A DNA stretch of 64,000 nucleotides, from assembly GCF_006345805.1 (NCBI RefSeq), contig NC_042999.1, forward strand, positions 97,526,001 through 97,590,000, read 5' to 3'. The notes beneath the pieces are model-generated. The model was not told the origin of the DNA and did no database searches. It worked only from the letters and a program-made list of their open reading frames with translations. This document shows, one piece after another, positions 25,685-37,852 of the stretch. The stretch's first letter is position 1; every line of letters begins with the position of its first letter. Made by a program: the position numbers and the translations under genes. This DNA comes from Octopus sinensis. Taxonomy: Eukaryota.

Positions 25685-25843
25685 GGTGTTCTTGATATGT
25701 TAGCTAATCGGTGCCTTGCATCAGGTACAAATGCTTGGACAAACACAGACAACACTTGTTACACTGTTACAACAGCTGGCAGTGAAGGCTTTTGCAACCT
25801 GTTACCTATCTTCCTTGATCACATACTTTATCCAACGCTGCCA
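25685..25843 (+). CDS. M16 peptidase exon 3
   Basis: TTTCAG|GGT...CCA|GTATGT. GVLDMLANRCLASGTNAWTNTDNTCYT...DHILYPTLP. Confidence 0.95.
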
Positions 25844-26138
25844 GTATGTATATACTTTCTCCCTATTACAAAATTAGTCATGTTTTTTTCAGCACTTATT
25901 GTTTGTTTCTCAGTATATGTCTGTTCTCTCTGTCACCAAATATTTTCCATGTATCTGTCTCTTTTTTTTTTTTCTTTTCCGTTTCTTTGACATTTTCTTC
26001 TTTTTCGGGTCTTGTCTGTCTTTCTGTTTTTGTTCAACCCTGTTGTCTTTTTGTGCTGCACACCACAATCCAAAGTAAACTTTATTCAATGAAATTATTA
26101 TTATATAATACAAATGCATATATGTTTTTACATTACAG

Positions 26139-26348
26139 AGATCAGGTTACATTACTGAAGTGCATCACATAAATGGAAACGGTGAGGATGCAGGTGTGGT
26201 GTACAGTGAGATGCAGGCAAGAGAGAACACTGGTGAAAGTCTTGCCTATTTAGCAATGTTACGTTATGTCTACCCTGAAGGCTGTGGTTACAGATCAGAG
26301 ACTGGAGGCATCTTGAAGAACTTGAGAACAAGTACAACATATGATAAG
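26139..26348 (+). CDS. M16 peptidase exon 4 (third zinc ligand Glu)
   Basis: TTACAG|AGA...AAG|GTCAGT. RSGYITEVHHINGNGEDAGVVYSEMQ...GYRSETGG. Confidence 0.95.
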
Positions 26349-27412
26349 GTCAGTTCATTTAGATCATTGGTAGGAATGGTCTAGAATACATGACTGTCTT
26401 GTGTGTTGCAGACAACAGCATACTAAGTCAATAAGGTATTGTACTACTGGCTAAAATAGATACATATCTTATCATCAATGGTCCAATTCATTTATATCTT
26501 GAGCCACTGAGGTGGCCTCTGTCAGCTTGACTAACTTTAAAAAGCAGACATCTTACTATCTTAACTCATTAAAGGCCATAATTGAACTAAAAATATTATT
26601 TATATATTTTTACATTTTTTTGGCTCTTAAGGGCTCTTTAATTATATTTCTCCTGTTATATTGCTTATTTTACTTCGAGAATACTATAAATATTCTGTAA
26701 GTATATAATGAAAGAAACACAATAGCTTTTATAATATTATTTATCAGCTAAAAAAAGAAAGAACACCTTGGATAACTTGCTCCTCAGTACATTATCCATT
26801 AAAAAAAGATATGATTGCCATGGATGAAATATCTTTGCTGTAGATCTGTTTAATCTGAATCATCCTGGATCCACACAACAGCATGTATCTTGGTCCAAGT
26901 AAGTAGTGGGTACCAGAAGGTAGGAAAAACTGTAAGGAGTGGTAACTGCAAAATTGAATGTTAGCATGGAGTGTACTCCACTCACGGGTATCACCTGAAA
27001 TGTGGGCTCCACCAGATACATTAAACTGTGCATGTTCTGTTTTATATAGGAGCTTAAAGAGGTGTCCTTAACATTTCTGTAACTAACACCTATTATAGAC
27101 ATCACAGTATGACTAATCAGTAATTTAATATTGTTTTAATGTTGTAACTTCTGTCAGTGTTGTCATAACACTAACAATGCTTTAATTAAAAATTCAATAT
27201 ATAACTTCCTTGTATACCATCGGCATGCTACATATAATTACTTGATCTTGAATAGGTCGACTTCAGCAAAGGTGTCACACACAGCCTTAGCCTTGATTGG
27301 AAATAATTTAATCTGAAATTTTTATTTGTAATTAACTATATTTTTATTATTTGTTGCAAAAAAATAAAAAACAGATGAGAAAACAACAAAATTGTAAATT
27401 TCTTACAACTAG

Positions 27413-27535
27413 GTTTGCAGTTATCATAAAGACTTTTACCGACCTGAAAATCTTTGCCTAATCATAACGGGTCAACTGAGTAATGACGACCTATTTCATC
27501 AACTGCAGAAGTTTGAAGAAAAGATCGTTAAAAAG
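27413..27535 (+). CDS. M16 peptidase exon 5
   Basis: ACTAG|GTT...AAG|GTAATG. VCSYHKDFYRPENLCLIITGQ. Confidence 0.93.
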
Positions 27536-27689
27536 GTAATGATATTTTTCAATTAACCGGTTGATTATAAAGCTTCTCCTTTCTCCTCTTTCAGTCTCTT
27601 TTATTTTTAACTATTATATGTTACCTAATATAAATATATATATAAAATATAAATTAGAGATAAAACCACTATCATGCAATTCAAACACT

Positions 27690-28072
27690 AAAGCCCAACA
27701 CTCAAAAGGAACTGATCCACTTTGCCCCCATGGTGCCCAACACTTTGGGAAACTCAGCCGCCTTGCCTCTGTGAGGCCCAACACTTGAAAGGAACTTGGC
27801 CACCTTGCCTCCGTGACGCCCAACACTCAAATGGAACTGAGCCACTTGCCTCCATGAGGCCCAATGTTCAGAAGGAACTCAGCCACTTGCTTTCATGAGG
27901 CCCAATGCTCAAAAGGAACTCAGCCACTTTGCCTCCATGAGGCCCAGACCCAACACAAAAGGAACTCAGTCACTTGCCTCCATGAGGCCCAATGCTCAAA
28001 AAGGAACTTGGCCACTTGCCTCCATGAGGCCCAATGCTCAAAAAGAAACTTGGCCACTTTGCCTCCGTGCAA
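27690..28072. repeat. Minisatellite, ~41-44-bp unit, about 9 copies
   Basis: Unit CATGAGGCCCAATGCTCAAAAGGAACTCAGCCACTTGCCTC. Confidence 0.9.
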
Positions 28073-28074
28073 AA

Positions 28075-29180
28075 TCAAGGTTGATTTTCTTATGTGCCAC
28101 TAGCACAGGTGCGCTTGGCTTGACAAGTCCTCTTAAGCAGAGCACATCGCCAAAAGTCTCAGTCACTAGTCATTGCCTCTGTGAGGTTCAAGATTCGAAG
28201 ATCATGCTTCACTATCCCTTCCCATGTCTTCATGGGTCTTCCTCTACTACAGGTTCCCTTCTTTACACAGCTGTTCTCATCCATATGCATCACATGACCA
28301 AACCAGTGCAGTCGTCTCTTTTGCACACCACATCTGATGCCTCTTATGCCCAACTTTTCTTTCAAGATGCTTACACTCTGTCGAACATGCACACTGACAT
28401 TGCACACCCAGTGAAACATTGGCTTCATTTCTTTCAAGCCTATGCATGTTCTTGCTGTTATAGCCCATGTTTCACTGCCATGCAGCATTGCTATTTGCAC
28501 ACAGACATCAAACAATCTGCCTTTCACTCTGAGAGAGAGGCCCTTTGTTGCCAGCCAGGGTAGGAGCTCTCTGAACTTTGACCAACCTAATCTTATTCTC
28601 ACAGCTACACTCTTGGAACATCCACCTTCGCTACTAACCTGGTCGCCTACATACCAGAAGCTATCTACTACCTCTAGCTTGCCCCTTGGCAATTGATGAA
28701 GTCAATTTTCTGCACATGTTCATTTATTATGACTGTGCACCTCCCACAAACAAAGGATAGTTTCTCTGTTAACCTTCCTTTGATGTTGCTGCACCTTTTG
28801 TGTGTCCAAAGCTTACATTGGGTGCATCTTATGGAGTTTCTACCTACAACTTTTCTACAGATTGAGCGGGGCCATCTACCTGAGGGGATTTGTGATGTCT
28901 GCCTTTCTATTTACTATGCCTTTGGCTTTTTCTAGGTTAGACCTTGTTTCCATACCTAGAACTTTTCTAGTTCAGGTAATGATTCAGCTATAAGCGCAAA
29001 GTCATCAGCATAGAGGAGCTCCTAGGTGCAGCCTGTCTTGAATTCCTCTGTTATTGCCTGGAGGGCTATGATGAACAAGAAGGGGCTGAGCACCAATCCT
29101 TGATGAACCCCTACTTGTACCCTGAATTCTTTGCTGTACTCATTGCCCACCTCACCCTACTGATAGCATCCCAATATATA
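28075..29180 (-). mobile_element. RTE-BovB-like LINE RT fragment
   Basis: Minus strand VGVHQGLVLSPFLF..ELLYADD, Cys-rich CSICRK..CTQCKLWTHKRCS, LEVVDSF, WFGHV. Confidence 0.9.
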
Positions 29181-29516
29181 GTAATAAGAACTTTTGGATA
29201 GAAATCCATAAATCCTTTAATGTATTGCTATGTATGTTTCCACAAACCTCATGCTTTAGTTGTATCCTCATCCATAGGATATTACAAATATGATTTGCAA
29301 AATCCATGTATTTAAGGGGAATATTAAATACAGGTGTCCATTTTTACAGATGAAAGTTGAGAGATTTACACCAATCAGAAGGATCTATGGGGTTTATGGG
29401 TAGTTCCTGTGACTATTTTGACTTATCATACAAATAGATATATATATAAACAATATGGGAGGGTGGATATATATAGTGCTTTTCTTTGTATGTAGATCTG
29501 TGCCTACTTGCATATA

Positions 29517-29548
<32 letters not shown>

Positions 29549-29549
<1 letters not shown>

Positions 29550-31572
29550 CTAATATATAAAATCCATTCTGTTTGTCTGTCTGTGTGCTTATAACTTGAG
29601 TGTTGTTCAGCTGACCATGCTGAAATTTTAAACATGGATACATGATAGAGCAGAACATTCCGTAATCTAAAAAGATTTTCAAAGTGAGAATCGCTATTTT
29701 TGTAATCTTTTGTCCTGTTTCTTCTGGCATTAAAATCAACATGTTTACTCAGACAGCCAGCACTTACCATTTTGCTAGCAACAAGGGGAGTACAGGATAA
29801 CAGTCAGCCAAAACTATTGCTATGCTGTCTCTCTTCTTTCCTCTCTCTGTCTCTCTTATGATGTCCAATTCCACTTGAAGTTGTGTATATATATATTGTG
29901 GTATCAATCAATTATCCTCATTAAGAAATAGTCAAAAGTAACTACCACATACAATTACCAAACATCTCCACTACTTAACACCATCCAAGTTTGGGGTTAA
30001 TAATCTTAATCTTTAGAGTTCCTCATTCAAACTACATAATAGGCAGAATTGTTGGATTAAGACAGTAGGGTGTTTTGAGAGAGATTTGGCTGCTATTTCT
30101 ACCAGGTCTAGCTACCATTTAGAGATCTCCCTCATTGGCTCAAACATACATATATACATAAAACCGAAATAAAATACTTAAAGAAACAGTCGTCAAATAC
30201 AAAAGCCAATGTCCATGCAGTGTCACAGGCCAAATAAATTTCCAACTTCTTGCCTATTGTGAGCCCAGAGCAATCTCTTTATCTCTTACACTATTTCAGT
30301 ATTACGTCTCTTTTGTAATGTGAGATAATACTTTCAGTTTGAAAGAAGCCTGGCCTATATATATATATTCCTTATGCATTCCAGAACCGAGTTACAGATT
30401 TTGACGTATGGGGTATCAGAAGATTCAGTACTATTTCAGCTACTTAATTTCCATTCACACATTTGCATTTCAAAAAATTAACATTATATTCTTCTCCATA
30501 AATCAACTATCGTAAACATTTTATACGATGTCACATTTTCTATATGTGCATGTACCTTAAAAGACATCAATCATCACAACACACCTTCACTCACTCACTC
30601 ACTCAATCTCTCTCTCTTTTTCTCTCTCTCTCTCACACATGCACACACACATCCATTTCATATAGGCATACATACATCTTTCACTTTCTTTCTCTGTCCT
30701 TCTCGCTTTCTCTTCTTTCAATTTCTGCTCTCTTCAAATAAATTTTTATGGAATGTGTGGGGGAAACACGGAAAAGACATAATCTCTCCAGAAACAAGTA
30801 CAAAGCAAGGAAGATTGTAGAAAACCAAAGGCAAGAGTCTGAAGAGAGATGAGATTTTCTCAAGATCAGCAAATGCATGTTGCAGTACTTAATGCTGGAT
30901 TATTAAATCAATGTTTTAATGATTAGACAGAAATCCAGTAGAATAGCTCTCAGAAACAGACTACGTACAAATTCGTTCTTCACAACTCCTGAAGCTGTTT
31001 TCAGATATAATCCATCCCATTCTTATAAAAATGATAACTGTCCAAATTGTCATTCCTGTAGAGCTTTAAAATTTTCCAATGAAACAAATGGTATGTGCTG
31101 TTCAGGTGGTCAGGTAACATTGCCAGCACTACCAGCTCCTTCCCAACCTCTTATGAATCTTCTAGAAGGCACTTCCATCCAGTCAAAGGATTTTCTGAAT
31201 AATATCCGACAATACAACTCTGCATTTCAAATGACATGGTTTGGTGCATCTAAGAAGATACATAAACATGAATTTACGCCTTCAAAGTTCAAGGGCAAGT
31301 CTGTCACCTCATTGGTTCCCTGTTACCCACAAATGAACAACCACAGTTCTTCCAAATTTACTTTATGAGTGATGTAGGGCTTCAAACCTGAAAGAAGTGT
31401 TAAAATTTCAGATGATGAGTCGTGTAAGACAGCGCTGACTGCTGCAAAAGAGAGTATATCCATTGACAGATTTTCAGTGCATTCAAAAATCACATAAGCC
31501 CCCCACCTCCAATTTTCCATGACAGACTAGGGTCTGAAATACTCCAAACGGCCACATAGCATGTTGCTTAGT
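29549..31572 (+). mobile_element. Decayed Helitron (Rep/helicase N-terminal remnant)
   Basis: 5' TCTAATATATAAA..(TCTG)n. ORF 30919-31368 CHSCRALKFSNETNGMCCSGGQVTLP...FLNNIRQYNSAFQMTWFGA, shifting to FKVQGQVCHLIGSLLP. Ends are approximate. Confidence 0.75.
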
Positions 31573-31703
31573 CAAATTAGCGCAGCATTTACTCCACAAA
31601 TGTTATGTTGTTAATGCTGCACTTTCCCATATCACCTGTTTCAATATAACTAATATATTATATACAAACTATGCCACTTTAATCCTTTTTATGTCTGTTT
31701 CAG

Positions 31704-31844
31704 AATAATAAAGCTCCATTCTCTCGGCCATGGCAATCATCCATAACTCCATTGACTGGATCACTTGTAAAAGCAATTCTTTACCCTTCAGATGAAGACA
31801 CTCATGGTTTAGTTCTCTCTGCATGGAGAGGTCCACAGGCCAAA
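31704..31844 (+). CDS. M16 peptidase exon 6
   Basis: TTTCAG|AAT...AAA|GTAAGT. APFSRPWQS...YPSDEDTHGLVLSAWRGP. Confidence 0.93.
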
Positions 31845-32833
31845 GTAAGTTGTTTTCATGTATTAAACTTTTTAATAAATCTGATGGATGTACAGTAATG
31901 TGTGTGTGTTGCTGCGTCCTTGCCTTGGCATTGTGGAATAGTTTTGAATGAGTGTCCCTCTCAGTATAAAATAAAACCTTCCCTGTGGGAGGGAAAACAG
32001 GCCAACATGAAATACAAACTTTGTGTGCTATCGATACTTACTGAACATATATTCTATTCCTAAAATAACTCTAATGTGAGTACTGATAAATGTTTGTTGT
32101 TTTAATCAGTGGAATTATGTACTAAGTAATCCTCAGGAGCTTTCACACAAGCTTCCAATTTCACTTAAGATGCAGTTACTGAAGGTTCTGCAATCTTGGA
32201 TCAAATTTGGACTTCATGAATGTGAAACAAATTTTGCAAAAGGGCCTAAAAAGCAATTTGTATATATGTTGCTTTGTCAATACTCAAGATTTATTGACAA
32301 ATTTTGGTATGGTAAATATTAATACAATTTCAATAAGTAGAATGATTAATAACAAGCAAAAAATACTAATAATAATAATAATCATTTCTACTAAAGGCAC
32401 AAAGTCTGAAATTTTGGGGCAGGGGACCCCAGTGTTTCACTGGCACTTAATTTATCAACCCCAAGACGATGAAAGGCAAGTCGTCCTTGGCAGCATTTGA
32501 ACTCGGAAAGTAGCAACAGACGAAATACCACTAAGCATTTCGCCTGGCATGCTAATAATTCTGCCAGCTCACTGCCTTAGATAATGGTTTCAGATTTTGC
32601 CACAAGGGTAGCAATTTTGGGGGAGAGAGTGAGTCGATTACATCAACCCCAGTGTTCAACTGGTGTTTATTTTATCAACCCCCAAAAGGATGAAAGGCAA
32701 AGTTGACCTTGGTGGAATTGGAACTCTGGCATGCTAATGATTCAGCCAGCTCGCTGCTTTAATAATAATGAGATGATGATGATAATAATAATAACAACAA
32801 CAATAATATATGCCTTTATTTATTTCTTACCAG

Positions 32834-32944
32834 CAACAAAAGGAAGTCATGGCATTGAAGATTCTGCTTGAATATCTGAATGATACACCTATTGCACCTT
32901 TACAGCGTGACTTTGTTGAAACAAAAAAGCCTTATTGTAGCATG
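32834..32944 (+). CDS. M16 peptidase exon 7
   Basis: ACCAG|CAA...ATG|GTAAGT. ALKILLEYLNDTPIAPLQRDFVETKKPYCS. Confidence 0.93.
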
Positions 32945-33640
32945 GTAAGTCACTGGTAATTGATAGCACTTCTAACTCTACAGTTCTCATGCTCTCTCTT
33001 CACCCTCTTTGGTCTACTACTAACACAACTTTCTAGTGAAGATCACTGGTTTTTCAACTCTGAATGTTGTGATATAACAATGTTAACCGATATGCAACAA
33101 CTCCTATGTACCTAACAGCTCAGTGAAGCCATATGTTCCTCAATGTCTGTCAATGAAGTCTAAATAAATTACATGAAGGTTACAATGCAGTCGGCATGAC
33201 CTTATTTTCTGTTCCTCTCTCATAGCTGACAAACGTTAACTGTCAAGCTTGGTTTCGTCTCTCTGCCCCCACCCCACTCGCTTTCCCTCACCCACCCACT
33301 CTCCAGCTCTCTGACATTTTGAAAACCAAGTTAAGCATGATATACCAGCAGTGATAAGTTAAAATTGATTTATAAACTTTATTCGTTTAGCTGTACTCTA
33401 GTGTATCTGCTATATCTCTCTTTCTATCTTTTTCTCAGTGTCACCTTCTCTAATAAAGAAACTTTATTGTAACATCATGCTTTCCCAAAACATCTTGCTT
33501 TGCATTGTAAGGATGTTATGGCATGCATATTTCTATAAACTTCACCTAATATTTTTAGGGTTGGATGAAATGAGAAAAATGTAATACCCATTTATTTTTG
33601 CTTTATTCTGTCTCAATTGCTTTATTGTATCTGATTACAG

Positions 33641-33732
33641 GTATCTCATGAGCTTATAGAAAATTCAGTAACCCTTTTCTATTTCCATTTCCGAAGTGTT
33701 CCGAAAGAAAACCTTACAGAAATAGTTCCACA
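33641..33732 (+). CDS. M16 peptidase exon 8
   Basis: TTACAG|GTA...CA|GTAAGA. VSHELIENSVTLFYFHFRSVPKENL, phase 2. Confidence 0.9.
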
Positions 33733-34805
33733 GTAAGATTACTTTTTTTTTTCTGCTACCTTTATCATTCATATTTTGAATTTTTCAAAGTTCTTTCTCT
33801 CTATTTTCTTTTCTGTCTCTTCATTTCTACCCATTTTTAATACTATCTCTTGTCTTTATTCTTCACTCTCATTTATCTTTCATTCTTTTCCATTCTTTCT
33901 ATTCTTTCTCTTTTGTACATTACATTTGTATTTGCTGAATTATTTTGACTTTATTTTACAAAACTCTTTCATAAGTTGGTAGTTGCAGGCTATATCTCTG
34001 TGTATACCATTTAGCATTTCTTTACAAAGATCCAGTGTAATTACTAGGGAAACAACTTATTTTAGGGTGAGACAGTCAGTTGCCAGCAAACTGCTCATTT
34101 AATTTGTATTTATACTTATTATTGCCCATTTTCATTTGCTTGAAGCAGTATACAGTATTCATGTCCTACAACCAAATGGGTTCTTCAAGCATCATTGCTG
34201 TTTTTTACTGCTATTTTTAAGGGTAAAATACATTGCAAGGATTTCTTGTTGATCCCTTCTGATCTATGGCAGGCAAAACTTGGTACTTAAAGTAAACGAA
34301 ACATTCATCAGTTATAGAAATTCTTTCAGCTGCTTACATTATTGAACTGTATCCTTCATAACTTTGTAACTTGGTGAACTGGGTTTCGTGCTTGTGACTA
34401 GATAAGTCACCAATCCTTTGACTGATTGCCTAACATTTTTATTAACTTTGTGATTTTCAGTGGCTGTGATGTTTAGATGTTGGTCTACTGACCACATGAT
34501 CTTGAATTGTGCCTGTAAGTAAGATGGTAACTCTACTTGCTCTAGTTTGCTTAACTGAACAGTAACAGATTCATTCCTTCTCTAAGGTGAGAGTGGTTAA
34601 TAAGGAAAATAATATCCAGTGTAAAAACTAACTGCTCTTCAAAAGCTATCCTACCCTATTCAAGCCTGGGAAAGAGATGTAAAACAGTAAAATAAAAGAA
34701 ATTCAAAAAACAACTTTCATCCAGGAAAAAAGAAAAAGAAATATTAGTTTTTTCTATCAATTAGTTGAGCAATTTTGAAATATAAATATGTTTTTTTATC
34801 TTCAG

Positions 34806-34908
34806 ACTAAACAAAACTCTAGAAAAGATTTCTAGCGGAGAAGAGAAGATTGATATGAATAGAATGCATACTGTGATCAAACGCAAAATGTTGGACCTGT
34901 TGAACTGT
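34806..34908 (+). CDS. M16 peptidase exon 9
   Basis: TTCAG|A...TGT|GTAAGG. LEKISSGEEKIDMNRMHTVIKR. Confidence 0.92.
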
Positions 34909-34991
34909 GTAAGGAGACAACTTATAGCTTTGTTTACTTTTAATTTTAAAATCTTGTCATGTGTTTTGTTCCCATTTTCATTTAACGTCTG

Positions 34992-35035
<44 letters not shown>

Positions 35036-35128
35036 TATATATATATAAGGCAGACGTTTATGTGACCACGTGTGTATCGGTGATTTTTTTCCTCCATCTT
35101 CCCTTCTTTGGATCTTTCCTTTTCCTAT

Positions 35129-35163
35129 GTTTCTGATGAAGAGCTCTACTCGAAACGTTAAAT
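35129..35163 (+). ncRNA. Minimal type I hammerhead ribozyme motif (Penelope-like element type)
   Basis: GTTT-CTGATGA-A-GAG(CTCTA)CTC-GAAA-CGT-T-AAAT: intact CUGANGA/GAAA core, short stems I and II, palindromic ACGU stem III. Confidence 0.6.
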
Positions 35164-35252
35164 CCTCCTTCTTTCTTTCCTTTCCTGAGCATCCAATAAC
35201 ACTATACTTGTTCCACATCCTCGCATTGTTGTGTTTTCATGTTTGGATTAAC

Positions 35253-35300
<48 letters not shown>

Positions 35301-35306
35301 CGTGTG

Positions 35307-35338
<32 letters not shown>

Positions 35339-35344
35339 CGTGTG

Positions 35345-35376
<32 letters not shown>

Positions 35377-35382
35377 CGTGTG

Positions 35383-35401
<19 letters not shown>

Positions 35402-35413
<12 letters not shown>

Positions 35414-35600
35414 TAATTAAGGGCTAAAGAGGGTTATTCTAAAGCCAAATACACTGTTTTATCCACTTATAATCCGCTTGTTACAGGAAAATTGAAACTT
35501 TCAGTTTCAATTTTCCTGTAACAAGCGGATTATAAGTGGATAAAACAGTGTATTTGGCTTTAGAATAACCCTCTTTAGCCCTTAATTATATGATGTATAT
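35402..35600. repeat. Perfect palindrome, 98-bp arms with a 3-nt loop
   Basis: 35402-35499 is the exact reverse complement of 35503-35600, loop TTC. Confidence 0.95.
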
Positions 35601-35691
35601 TGCAACCGTAACGGTTTTTTTTAAGTATACTGCCCACGCTTCCTGATGAATTCCTTTGCTGTAGAGTAAGGGACTTCATCCTATATTGCTT

Positions 35692-35693
35692 AG

Positions 35694-35756
<63 letters not shown>

Positions 35757-36052
35757 GGATATATGTATGTATGTATGTATGGATATATGTATGTATGTAT
35801 GGATATATATGTATGTATGTATATATATTTATGTATGTATATATATATTTATATATGTATATATATATATATGTATGTATAATATATATTTATATATGTA
35901 TATATATATATATGTATGTATATATATATATTTATGTATGTATATATATATATTTATGTATGTATATATATATTTATATATGTATATATATATATTTATA
36001 TATGTATATATATATGTATATATATATGTATATATATATATATATATATATA
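35692..36052. repeat. Compound (TA)n/(TATG)n microsatellite
   Basis: Direct reading. Similar tracts at 34995-35047, 35253-35405, 13663-13694 and 25037-25140. Confidence 0.95.
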
Positions 36053-37777
36053 ATTTACTTCCGATGCATTGTGTTCCAGATTTAAAAAGTAGTAGAAATC
36101 AAGTTCTAGAGTCAGTGCAATTAAGTGAATCCTTTCCAGAAAATATGGCTTTTCGCCAAAGTTATAAATCATTTTCAAGTAAATTCTCATAGTTTTCAGT
36201 TATTCTGATTTTATTTCTGAGATTGTTTAAGTAACATTTTAATCAGTTTAATGAGCTGCCTTTCTCTGGAAACGTGTGGCCCTGTCTGAGTAAACTATCA
36301 ACTCTTGGGCTCAATTCCACTACAATTATTTCTTTGTGTAGTTAGTCAGAACATTTAATGCCTCAGTTTATAACACTACCTCAGTTTATGACAGCAATAG
36401 AGAAAAGAAATTTTGCCTGATATTAGCCAACATCCATCCAAAGAGATATATTTTTCATCTCAATATCATTAAACAGGGAGCTATTATCCAACTCTCAAAA
36501 GCTGTTTTGAGTTTTAGCAAACATTTCCTTTTTATTTAACAAGTGATTAGTTTGACACACAATTAGAAGGAATGATGGAAACAAACATTTACTAAATCAT
36601 AATGATAAACAGGACTAGTGCTTATTTTCAATTTCTTGAAGTTGTTAGTTGCACAAAAAATCAACATGATAGACATGGTTTTGGCACTTTTAGTAGTAAA
36701 ATATTTTAATTGAACACATAAATTTGTCAGCCAATGACCCACACCACAATTTCACAATACTCTTTTTACTGTCTTCAGCAGTCTTGCAGTGCCTTCTTAC
36801 AACTATGTGGACTGAGTTGTTTTATGATTGTGTACAACAATGCAGTACTAAACACATGATGTGAATTGTTGATTTCTTGGCTAATGGTCCCCTCCCAGTT
36901 GAAGGGGTTTTTGTCTTGCCAGTTAGTTGGTGCTGGTGCCACATGAAAAAGCACTGGTGCCATGTAAAAAGCACCTAGCACACTCTGTAAAATGGTTAGT
37001 TAGCATTATGAAGGGCATCCAGCTATTGAAGTCATGAGTCTGGTGTGGTCCCTGACCTTACCAGCTCCTGTCAAACCATCCAGCTTATTCCAGCATGGAA
37101 AATGGACATTAAATGATGATGATTATCCACTTGAATATCCACATTTTGCATTTTCTCATGACAAATATACTTTAATAGCATAAGGATAGAAGACCCTACA
37201 CATGATCTCCTTTGTCTCTCCTATTGAGGAAATATTGTGTATTTAATGTTTTATTTGCATAACTGTAGGCTGTTGATTGTCTGAGGAAAATGGTCCAGGA
37301 CAAGTGGAGTGGCTTAAAGTATTTAGTGTAAAGTCCTGGGTGTGAAATTGAAGCTGGTGTGAGAAATGAATGGAAGTAAAAATGGAAGTGGTGTAAACTT
37401 GTATTTATGTTAAAAGGGCAAAGAGAAGAGAGATATACCAGTTAAACTATGTTATATGTATTATGAATCCAAAGAGTTCAAAGACTGTTTATTTTTTTGA
37501 TATTTTACTATATTCCAAAAAATGAGAGTAAGTTATGAAAGCCAAAGAAAAAGGTTAAGCAATGAGTTAAGTGAAAACATATCAGAAGCAAGACCATATT
37601 GCAAACACATCTTTCTGAAAGCATACCACTAGTGTATAGTGCAGATGTATTATATAATTGTATATTGTGTTGTGTAATCATTGATCATATAATGAGACCA
37701 AATCTATGAAACTTATTAACAACGGCTGCTATGTTCTGCAAAGTTTTGTTTCAATCTTTATTCTGTTTATTATTCAG

Positions 37778-37852
37778 GTTGAGACAGAACCACATGACAC
37801 TATGGCTTTTATTCTCATGGGAGACTTTCTCTTTGGAAACAACAAAGATGAT
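37778..37852 (+). CDS. M16 peptidase exon 10
   Basis: ATTCAG|GTT...GAT|GTAAGT. VETEPHDTMAFILMGDFLFG. Confidence 0.93.

Noticed and set aside
27690-28072. CRISPR-like periodic array
   Set aside because: Units are contiguous with no unique spacers, there are no cas genes, the context is a eukaryotic intron and the unit derives from an RTE LINE.
35640-35685. CTGATGA followed by a hairpin, as a further hammerhead
   Set aside because: No GAAA box follows, and the CTGATGA itself pairs into a plain hairpin.
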